Part shown: piece after piece, positions 52,729 to 63,206 of the stretch
Layout of the letters: each line of letters opens with the position of its first letter
Position numbering within the stretch: the stretch's first letter is position 1
NCBI GenBank assembly: GCA_001724265.1
Contig: MEDY01000025.1
Location: forward strand, 62,001 to 126,000
DNA: 64,000 nt
Direction of reading: 5' to 3'
From: Rhizaria sp. SCN 62-66
Taxonomy: Eukaryota
Translations under genes and position numbers: made by a program
The notes under the pieces: generated by a model
Told to the model about the DNA's origin: nothing
Database searches by the model: none
The model's input: only the letters and a program-made list of their open reading frames with translations

Positions 52729-55700
52729 GAGTGAGTGGACAATCCGGTGGGAATAACTCTGCTGGGTTTGACTTCATGCAGTTTGCCGACTACTCTCAGA
52801 TGCAACAGCAGCAGCAGCAGCAACGCGTCGCTGTCGACCCTTTCGCCACTGCGGCAGCCAACGCCCGCCGCGCCCACAGTCACTTAGCGAGTACCAGTGC
52901 TGCTCACGGTCACTTGGGGGCGATCAACGGTCCCGGCCGTAGCCGCATTGGAGCCGCTGCCTCTACCTCTGTAGCTGCCTCTACATCTGTACCTACGTCT
53001 GTGCCGACATCCGCTATGCCAACTGGCGCATCCAATGCAAAGACAACCTCTGACGCGGCCAAGCTTAGCGTCGAGGCGGCTAAACTTACCGCCGTCGACG
53101 AGATGCGTGCATTGATGGCCGAACTTGACCTCGATATCAAGCTTGCTAAGGAAGCACGGGAGCGGCTTAAGTTAAAGCAACAGCGCCGCACTGGTGGCAA
53201 GCCTCTGCCTGAGAGTGACCACAGTAATGACAGTGGCAGCGGCGATGACGATGACGATGATGACGATGATGATGATGGTGCAGCTTCTAAAAACAAGCGC
53301 CGCGAGGAAGTTAAGCCGCGCTCGGGTAAAGGTAAGCCGCCTCGCTTGTGCGTACCTGTTCGTGTGCACTTGCCTGTTGCGCCGATGACTGTGGGCGGTG
53401 ACGGCTTGACTTCCTACAACGCCGTGCTTCTGCCCTTAGACGGCGAGGATACTGGTCTAAGTACCTTTTCCAGTGCTGGTGGATCTAAGGGCGCTATCAC
53501 CGTGTTGCCCTCATTGCCTATCTCGACACTGGCACCTTTCTCGCTGCCCACGGTCACCAGCAACTACATGAGCATCACCAGCAGTCAGAACACGGCTGCT
53601 ATCAACGCGCCCGCAACTGTTTCAGCTGCGAGCGCGGGTGCGCGTGCGGTTAGTGAAGGATTGGTGTCATTTCAACCCCCTGCACTGCCGCAACTGCTGT
53701 CCCTTGTTTCGACTCTGTCGTCACAGAGCAGCTCGCAGTCGCAGGGCTCACAGCCGCTCGAGTCGGATGCGGCGGCGGCGGCAGCGGCTTACTTTACCGA
53801 TGTAAGGGCCTTCGCGCTCACACTGCTTGAGCGTGCTGTGTCACTCAACAACAGTACAGCCAGCAACAACAGCAGCAATGCAACAAGCGCCACGAGCCGC
53901 TTTAAGGGCTCTGCTAATGCGACTGCTGCGAGCAATACGGGCGCTAATGTAAGTGCCTCATCTGCCTCAGGTGTAAGTGCTGTCACGAACCGTGTTGCGA
54001 CGCTGTTAGCTGCTATCTCTGCCTTTGACAGCTTTTGCGCTCAAAGCCACGATAACAAGCACAACTTCAACACTCTGAACTCTGTCGCTGGCGGTGGTGG
54101 CAGCGCGACCCCGCCCTCACCCAATCGCAATAACAACAACAACAGCAGCGCTAGTAGCAGCTCTAATACCACTGCTGCTGCTGCTGCGGCAACTGTTGTC
54201 GCGCGTGCCTTAGCCTCGCATCTAAGGACCAGCTCCAAGAACAATCTAAGTTCCTCCTCTGTGAGCAGCAGTAGTCTAAGTAGTACCACCCCCCTTAGTT
54301 ACGTCAACCTCGCCCGCGCTCTTCGTTTTATCGCCTTGATCGCCCACCGCCGCCGCACCCCGGCCTCTCCAGCCCACGGTCACCCCTCCAGTTTGCCGTC
54401 GCCGCCTTGCTCTCACGCCCGCGCGTCCCGCCCCGTCGGCGGTCTGCGTACAGTCTCGCTCAACGTGCCGCTGCCGCCGCCGCTGGCCGCCACTGCTGCG
54501 GCGGCCGCGGCGGCGGGGGCCGTGGCCGGTGTGCTGGCGGGGGTGGAGCGGGCTCTGGCAGCGCTGCAGACTGAGATCAGGGACGCGGCGCTTGCTCAGG
54601 GCGGCACGGGTACCGGCAAGACTGCGAGTGCTGTTGCTGCGCAAGTCACGAGTACTCACCATATCACGGACGCTGCTGCTGCTGTTGCTCATCAGCATGG
54701 TGTTGTGAATGGAGCTGGCTTCACTGCGATTGATATGGGGGCATTGGGGATGAGTGATGATGTTGATGCTGATCATGATGACAGTGATGGCCAATTTGAC
54801 CGCGCCAACAACAACAACAACAAAAACATTACATCCAATAGCAAGAGTAAGTCTGCTGCTGCTGCTGCTAAAGCGAGCAACAAGATGAGTTATGCATCAA
54901 GTCGTAACATTGATAACTACGCCACCGGTAATCACAGTAATGATGACGACGATGACGACGACGCTGAGGCCGGTATCCGTTCTCTTTCTCGTGACGCTGC
55001 TGCCAGTGAAGATGATAACGACGTGTTTTACGACTTGGACGCTGCCGTTCTTCAAGAACTTGAAGATGCTAACGGCGACGAGGACGATATGGACCTCGAT
55101 CTCGACAGTATTCAAGAACTTGAAGAAGATCCTGCTACTACAGCAGCGCGCGCGCAAGCGCTTGCATCTCGCCAGCTTGGAAACACCGGCACCGACACTG
55201 GCACTGGAGACGGCGCGAACGTTGCGACTGTCACCCATGCAGACACCACCATGAACGCGAACAGCATTGCCTCCAAGTCTAAGCCTCGCACACAGGCTCA
55301 GTCCAACACAGCTAAGCGCACTGCTGCTGTTAATGCATCTTCGCAGTTTCTGTCGTGCTCACAGTTGCAACTGCCGTCTCATGTCCCCGCCACGGCCCTG
55401 AGTGCGTTGCTCTCTCAGTCAGCCCGTGTCGCCCCCGCCCGAGCGCCCGCCCTCCCCGCACCCACACCCAAACCCAAGGCGCTCTCCTCTTCGTCGGCGA
55501 CCGTGGGCGGCGCGCATAGCAGCGGTGTGACCGTGAGCAGCGGTGGTGGCAGTGACGTGCTGACTGAAGAGACGGTAAGCAAGGGCCGTCTCCCGGCTGA
55601 GGCGGCTCCCCCGACCGCTGACACGCTAGGACTGATCAAGCTCTTGGCCAAGATGACTGCGCAGAGCGCCGCGGTTGCCGCCGTGGGACTTGCACTGCCG

Positions 55701-55814
55701 CTGCCGTGGGCGGTGTACGCGTGGAGTGAGGAAAAGGGGCGCAAGAGGGCCGCTGTGACCGGCGCGGCGTGGGTGCAAGCGGCCCTGTTCGTTGACGTCA
55801 ACACGCTTTCATAA
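48205..55814 (+). CDS. Giant (~2495 aa) low-complexity protein of unknown function; exons 48205..48441 and 48564..55814
   Basis: A phase-0 intron 48442..48563 (GTACGT...TAG) joins ...FHSTSA to SHPLHLEVFLPP in the frame of the 2413-aa ORF. Stop is TAA. There is a short predicted coiled coil (DEMRALMAELDLDIKLAKEARERLKLK); no domain recognised. Confidence 0.72.
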
Positions 55815-56241
55815 GCACAAAACACATATATATCACACCGAACTAATATTATAATTTGTTACTTAGTATATTATTGGATAAAACATCAGAATACAAACAA
55901 TTGAACTACTCAGCAACGATTAAGTCTCTTTTCAAGTTCTGTTAGCTAAACTTAGACCGGTTGCTCTGTTTTGTGGCGGCTGGGTGGGGACAAGGGGGTC
56001 GTCGAAACGAGGTAAGATTAATGATCATTATCACTCTCTTCTGATCGACAGAAGCTTGCGTTACGCTGATGTCTGAGCATGAGCGTTGTAAATTTAGATA
56101 AAACTTTTACCATATCCTCATAACTGCAAAAATTGTGATGTTTTATCTACCCCTCGTCCTCCTTCCTAGAGCGCTCTCGCCCCGTCTCCGCAGCCTCTCT
56201 CTCCCCGCTCTCAGCGCCCTCCAGCTAGGCCCCCGAGCAAG

Positions 56242-59200
56242 ATGTCCGCGCCGCAGACCGCCATCAGTGACGTCTCCGTCACCTTCCACCTCTGGTACGG
56301 CAATCTATCTTGAACCATTCTCTCGAACCAGCTCCAGCACACCTCATCACGCTCGTTACTTGCCCTCTCTTGTATCCACTCGCTCACACTCGAATCTCTC
56401 CCTTTCTCCGCAATGTTACTCTCTGCGCAGGACTGGTGCGGCTCAGACGCTGCTGGTCAATGGCAACACAACCGTTGCTGAGGTCAAGCAACGTCTCTGG
56501 CGCACTCAAAAGCTCCCTGGAGGTATGTTACTCTGACACAAAGCTCACCATCAGAACTTATCTTTTACGACCTGATTGATCACGCTGATCACATTAGACG
56601 CCATGTAACTTCAGAATTCAGTTCAGATTCGTTGATTTGCTTTGAATCCGGCATATTTTGTCTTGTTTTTAACTCATCTTCTATCAATTATTTAATTCCA
56701 ATCGCTGCTTTCTTGATACCACCGCACCACCAACACCACCAACACCGGAAACTCTACAGAGATCGACTCTGCCTCCTACGTCATCGCTCTGTCAGACACA
56801 CGCGTCTACTTCCCCGACCCCACCCCGATGGCCGACGTGTTCGACTACTCGCTCCTCATCGACCCGTTCCCGAACTCCAACGTCCACAACAACAACCCTG
56901 CCAACGCCTCCAACGCCACCACGTCGTCAGTGACTGAGCTCACCATCGATGTGGACTTTCTCCCCGCTAACTGGCGTCTCGACCACGACCAGCGCACGCG
57001 CGGCCTTCCCAGCGCGCCCCTTAACACGCTGCGGTGCTTCCCGGCCTCGCGCCGTGAGGCTAAGGCACTGTTGAACCTATACATGTGGGAGCAAAGGTAC
57101 CTCGTCTTTGAGGGATACACTCTCTATGTGTTCAAATCGCAGAAACACGCCCTAGCCGGCGAGAAGGCGCAGGTTGTCGTGCCGCTGGAGGGAGCCCACG
57201 CGTACTCGGTGTCTAACTTGACGCTCACGGGCTCCAGCAGCGGCGGCGGTAGCGGACCCGGGGGGATTAGAGGCGACTCCACCCCACTGATGGCTGAGTC
57301 AACTTCCTCACACCAGAACCTGCTGTTGATCAAGCAGCACGACGCTGTCACCGCCACGCCATCGCCGATGGCTCTCACCGCGCACTCCCGCTCCTCCAAG
57401 GCGGTGCTGTTGGCCCGCAGCACGCCTGGTAACCCCGTGTTTGCGTCCATGTTCACCAAGGATGACTTGGCCAAGCCCAGGGAGGGCGTGCTTGTCTTCT
57501 CCTTTGAGACGATGGGGGCCCGCGATGCCGTGGCCACGGTTGTTTCAGACCGCCACTTTAAGCACTGCAGGGCGGTGTGGGCTGCTGGTGCCCGTGAGCT
57601 CGCTCGGTACGTTTTTGAGCTTTGTTCTGAACCTAGACATATAACTCGTTGATAAGTTGTCTTGTAACGAATTATTCTGCTGTATTCGACGAAATAAGTT
57701 TCATTTAAATCTAAGAAATGTCGTTTACCTTGAAAATACGCTCCTTACATTATTCTTCATTCTGTTTCATTCTCTTTGTTTTGCCTCTATCCAGCCGCAA
57801 CGCGTTGAACGAGCAGGGCATCTTCCGCCTTGCTGGCAACGGCGAGCACGTGGGCCGCGTTACCGCAGACCTCATGATCGGCACTCTTGACCGCCTGCCC
57901 TACGTGCGCGACTCCAACGCCGTCGCCGACGCCATCAAGCGCGCACTTAGGAACATGCCGGAGCCGCCGATGACGTATGCTTTGTACTCTGACTGGTTAG
58001 CCCTCGTCCCCAAGCCCCCTGCCGCGGGCGCTACTACGGCTGCGAACACGACGGACTCTGCGGTCAATTTGACTGCGATGCAGAGCGGGGTCGCCGAGCT
58101 CATGAAGCATCTCCCCGAACAAGTACGTCTCCTATCTCTAACTTCCACGTCATTTTGTGACTTGAGATATGTATCAACGAGACTATTGTTAATGTATTCA
58201 AAGATATAAAACTAAATCTGATTAAATTATCGTATTTGACTATCAGTTCACACCGTATATATATATCAAAATATCGTTTTTCTTGTTTTCGCCCCTAATC
58301 TACGATAGAACCGTGCGCTGGTCCGCTCCGTGCTGCTCTACTGCCACCGCGCTTCGTCCCCCTGCCACGCACCCCACTCCCTGATGACTCCCCGCAACCT
58401 CGCCGTAGTCTTCGCGCCCGTCCTGCTCCGCTCCCTCGCCGAGCTGCCTCACCAGGCGATCGCGAACCAGAAGCGCGCAGTCGAGCTCGTCGCCGTCCTT
58501 ATCCAGCAGGCCCCTCTTCTGCTCACGCTGCCGCCCAAGGTCGGGCCGTACTCAGACTTCTCTTTCACCACCACCGCCGCTGCGGCCCCTGTGCCCGCCG
58601 CCGCCGCCCGCGCCGCGCTTCCGCCCTCCCGCCCCCAACAGCAGCAACAGCAGCAGCAATTGCCGCCCCCGCTGCCGCAGACCTCGGGCCCCCCCGGCTT
58701 GACTTCCGTCACCTCGGGCGGTCCACCCCCCTTGCCCGCCACCGCCCCTGGCAGCAGCATGGGGGGCCCTCCCCCGCTCACGGTCATTGCGGGCGCCCCC
58801 ATGGTGACGCCTTCGGCCGCCGTCTCCCCGTCCAACACCGCCTACCCCCCCACTGCGCCGGCTACCACAACCAACGCCGGCTTTGTCGCCAACGCGGTGG
58901 CGCCGCCGCCGCTGCCGGCGCTGGCGGGCGTCAAGTCCACCGACGTCTACTCGACCTTCTCGGAGGCCGAGGCCGACGCCGCCGCCGCCTCGGCCGGCGT
59001 GCCTCCGCCGCTGCCCGCGTCTTCCATCCCGCCGTCGCTCCCCAACAGCAGCAGCGCGAATATGCGCCGTTTCTCAGGCATCGTCGGCGTCCCCATCGCC
59101 ACCCCGACCCCCTCGGCGGCTGCGCTCGCCGCCATCGTCAACGGCGCCGGCGCCAACGCTGCGGGGGGCGTAGTCGTGGGCGGTATCAAGCTGCCCCCGC

Positions 59201-59871
59201 CGCTGCCGCCGGCGTCTTACCCCGCTCCTGCCTCTGCCGCTGCCGCCGCTGCTGCTCCTGCTGCTCCTGCTGGCCCGCCAGCGCTGCCGCCGTCGCTGCC
59301 GCCGCTGCCGGCCGCCCCAGCCAATGACGCCGCCGCTGCTGCCGCGGCCGCTGCGGCGGAAGCTACCGCTGCCCAGGTAAGTCCTCAACGACGATTGTCA
59401 AAACAAGGACACCTCATGCTAATGAAAGAACATCACGATTCCATCATGCATTGCCTTAACTGTTTATGTACTGTTTTATTCCTATGCTCGTTTAAAACTT
59501 ATTTCATAACAATATGATCTCACTGTATTCACTTTTGTTTCCTCTCGTAACTCTGTTTCACCACAAATCGTGTTCTGCAGGCGCGTCAGGTCCAGGCCCT
59601 GCGCCAAGCCTACCTCGAGCAAGCAGCCGCCGCGACGGCCGCCGTGGAGGCTCTGGCGCACGTCGTCGAGGAAGCCCTGCGCGCCGCCGAAGACAACGAC
59701 GATAACAGCCTGAGCAACGGCGGCGTCGCGGCCGGGGGGTCACAGGAGCTCGGTGCCGCTCTCGAGGGGGTCTATCGCCGTGCGCAGGGGTACGCCAAGG
59801 CGCTGGCTGAGGGCGTGGGGAGCGAGATTGCGCAGGTTAAGGCGTGGACGGAGAAGGCGAAGCGGTATTGA
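56242..59871 (+). CDS. Rho GTPase-activating protein with N-terminal ubiquitin-like/RA-like region, PH domain, RhoGAP domain and proline-rich tail; exons 56242..56294, 56431..56522, 56760..57606, 57795..58122, 58309..59376, 59581..59871
   Basis: PH-like WEQRYLVFEGYTLYVFKS; RhoGAP motifs ALNEQGIFRLAG (arginine finger), AVADAIKRALRNMPEPPMT and LMTPRNLAVVFAPVLLR. Five GT-AG introns preserve the frame. Stop is TGA. Confidence 0.85.
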
Positions 59872-60106
59872 GGCTGAGAATTAGTGATACAATGGTTATG
59901 GTATGTTCTGTCACTCTTGTTCTGTATCTTGTGTGAGTGTACTTGTGATGGATAACAATTTTTTGTTGGAATAAATCCACGTTATATCTGTGAAACATGG
60001 CACTTCGAATAGCAAATCTCATAGTTGTGTCAACATAATAAGATTTCATGAAGATATAGACAGCTTCGTGACATTTTCAAGTTCTTGACTGCAATTGCTG
60101 GAGGCC

Positions 60107-60142
60107 AAGTGACCGTGAGCTGCCAGGCGCTCACGGTCACTT
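60107..60142. repeat. Perfect 14-bp inverted repeat AAGTGACCGTGAGC-(8 nt)-GCTCACGGTCACTT in the intergenic region upstream of QCR9
   Basis: Read directly: arms at 60107-60120 and 60129-60142. Confidence 0.9.
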
Positions 60143-60402
60143 AGAAAATGCTTGCTGGGCGACCGAGCAACAGTCGAGCTGGCCCCGAATGGGAGAGCCT
60201 GTAGCGCGAGACAGCGTCATCTGGATAAATTGTAATTAATGGATTAAATAGTGTGCATCATGTAGAAATTGTGAATATTACCCAGAAATCTATCCTTGTT
60301 CAGGAACGCGATCTGGAAGCTTTGTTTGTGCCCAACGCAGTGCGACTCACCCTAGCCTTGCTCCCCGCTCTCCCACGTTTCCCCCACCTCGCCATTCTTC
60401 AG

Positions 60403-60916
60403 ATGCTCGGTCGCTTCGTCGCTCAGGCTGCTAACAAGGGTATGTTGTATCCGCCTATTATTCACATTTACTATTACATCCTCGTTTCGATGCAAACAAT
60501 CCCCTCAAAGCCCAGCCCTCGCCCCCAAACCCACGCTTCTCTCACTGAACTCTTCAATCTTACCCCCTCGTCTCTGCTCTTGCTTTCGCCCTCTCACAGT
60601 CGTCCAGGGCCCCGCCCGCTCGTTCCACGGCACCCCCGCCGCGGCCGCTCACGGCTACAAGATGCCTTCCGAGGGCATCGTCGCCCGCGCGTCGGACCCC
60701 TACGCTTCCCGCACCGCTGCCATCCGCAACTTCCTCTACACCAACTTCGTCCAGAAGGCCTCGTCCTCGGCGCTCATGGTCGCCGGTCTCGCCGTTGTGT
60801 TCGAGCAGGCATACGAGAACGTCATGGAGTCGGCCTGGAAGAGCTCCAACGCTAACATGCAGTACGAGGACGTGATCGCCACGTTCCCCGAGGTGCCCCC
60901 CAACTGCGACGAGTAA
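60403..60916 (+). CDS. QCR9: Cytochrome bc1 complex subunit 9 (QCR9/UQCR10) with N-terminal extension; exons 60403..60439 and 60600..60916
   Basis: LYTNFVQKASSSALMVAGLAVVFEQAYENVMESAWKSSNANMQYEDV fits the QCR9 pattern (LY, TM helix, FE-x-A-F/Y, W..N). Phase-1 intron 60440..60599 (GTATGT...CAG). Stop is TAA. Confidence 0.72.
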
Positions 60917-61661
60917 ATTCTCTCACACTCCTCCGCTACCCCCTGTACTGCGCCTCCCTTGTTGTGAAATCATGACGGGGAAGCGTGTGATGGGGGTGCG
61001 TGGCGCCGGGACGCGGGATTTGTGGTTGAAAATACGTGTTTCACCGTCATTTGCGGGAAACATTTCTCTACATCACAACGCTTGTGAGGCTATGAGTTTG
61101 ACTCTGATCGGTTGCTCTTAACTCGCACCCGTGTCCCGGAGGCCCACACCTGGGGGCGCTGCGCCGAACACACGCCGCCTTATCGTTGTGGTGTGTTGCG
61201 GGCGCCCTCGCGCGACTCTGTCTCTCCTAGTTGAACACACAAACAAACTCCCAAACCATCCAAGTATGGCACGTTGGCTTGAGTCCAACGGCGTTGCTTT
61301 GGATGGTGAGGGGGGCCAGAGTCAAGCTATCTATTCGATTTTATTTTGTTCATGCTCTTATTGCGTTTAGCTCAATACATTGTGCTTTATGTCATGCAAC
61401 CACCGTTTTGTGGTTTATATCGCTTCAATTGATGCTTGTGAGACTTGAGTTTTTCGGTCCCGGCTGTCATGGGCAGCTCGCTCGCGAGATGAGCGATAAA
61501 GCAATTTGCGCAGCGACCTCTAATGCCCTCTCTAAGAGCACCCTACCTGCGTTGAATAGTAATGCGTCACTAAAGTTACAATAATTACGAGCGCTTTTAT
61601 AACATATTTTACTCACATTCTCTCACACCCACAACTCTACCTCTAAACAGACACTTCTACC

Positions 61662-62340
61662 ATGGCTGGTATGAACAAGAGCAAGGTACGTTAGTCATCC
61701 CTTTCCACCCGCTTCTGAGCCTCCCCGTCTCTGTTTTTTCGTCTACCATTGCACATCCGCGTTGCCAACGTGTGATTCTACGTAAATAGCGAGGCTATAT
61801 CCCTTGAAACCGTGGCCATCCACTCACATATCATTTTGTTGTATCTCCCACGCTCGCTCTCGCTCTCGCTCTGTTTCCGCCCTGCTTCCTTAGATCCTGA
61901 CGCTCGCCAAGGGCTTCCGCGGACGCTCCAAGAACTGCCAGATGCTTGCCCGCAACCGTGTGGAGCGCGGCCTGCAGCACGCCTACGTGAACCGCAAGCT
62001 CAAGGCGCGCAACTTCCGCGCCTCGTGGCTCCAGTCGATCGGCGCGGGCGTCCGCGAGACCGGCTTTAACTACTCCCGCTTTATCAACGAGGCGTCCCAG
62101 GCCAAGGTCGGGCTGAACCGCCGCGTGCTGGCGCTGCTGGCCGAGACGGAGCCGCTGTCGTTCCGCGCCGTCGCCATGCACGTCAAGGAGAACACCCTCG
62201 CGCGCGGCGCGACCCTTCCCGGCGTTGACCAGCTTACTGACTACGGACACGTCTGCTCGTCGATCGTTGTCTCCACGGTTCCCGTCGGCAAGATCGAGGT
62301 CAAGCCCAAGGCGCGCCGTGCCTCGATCAATTACTACTAA
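61662..62340 (+). CDS. MRPL20: Mitochondrial ribosomal protein bL20; exons 61662..61685 and 61894..62340
   Basis: MAGMNKSK|ILTLAKGFRGRSKNC...AYVNRKLKARNFRASW...YSRFI...LNRRVLALLAETEPLSF is the bL20 signature. Phase-0 intron 61686..61893 (GTACGT...TAG). Stop is TAA. Confidence 0.93.
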
Positions 62341-63206
62341 GCGGAAACGGCGAAGCACAGCGTTGCTGCTCTTGCTCTGCAGCAACGATGAGGATTGCAT
62401 AAGGATGTTCTTCCGTTGACAAGTCTCAATCGCCTTTGGTCACGGCAGCGTCCATTGCGTTTTTGCAGGTAATCCGTAGTAGTAAACGTGTGTTCACTAA
62501 GCGTATGCGCGATTTGGTTTAGCATGCGCACGTCTCAAGGTAAACACAACAAGTCTTAATTTATACCAATGACATCAGTCTCCTCTAAGCAGCCACACTC
62601 TATGTGGTGCTTAATAACGTGAACGACCATTGGTTCTCTCTATCTTTTCATCACTTTCTTACTTTCTCTAGCATAACACACGTGCTATCCGATCACAGCA
62701 ACAAATGCCAGTTGCGTACCCCGTACATTGGCACTGTTTGCTGTGTGTAAGTATGCACAACAAGTGTTCTGTTACCCCCTCCGTTACACAGTTATATCAG
62801 TCTCTCTGACACTCTGCTTTGTGAACTCGCAATACCTACTTGCATATGCACGTGCAGCATTCGATAACATTACCAACAACTGGCACTCTCAACCAGGTTG
62901 TTGTCCGTCGTCTTTGCTCTTGGCTTCAGCAGTTGGGACTGTTTGTCATATTTGTAGTGTGCCGTATTTTTAATCACATTGAAAACGATACTAATACACA
63001 ACATTAAACACAAAACAATGTCAATTGTTCATTATGTATTCAAATTGCTTAGTTCTACAACACTTTGGCCATCATACAGCAGACTCGCATTGCAGTCTCT
63101 CAACTTTTCACAATAACCGCCTTGCCTTCATTGCTAGCGCACAGTCAGTCACACGCACTCGCTTACAGTCACATTTTTTGCTGACTCAGCATGTTTGCCG
63201 ACTCAC

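Noticed and set aside
22096-58308. Clustering of intron lengths near 176-188 nt (8 of 21) as nucleosome-sized introners
   Set aside because: The sample is small and I saw no sequence similarity or terminal inverted repeats among the introns.
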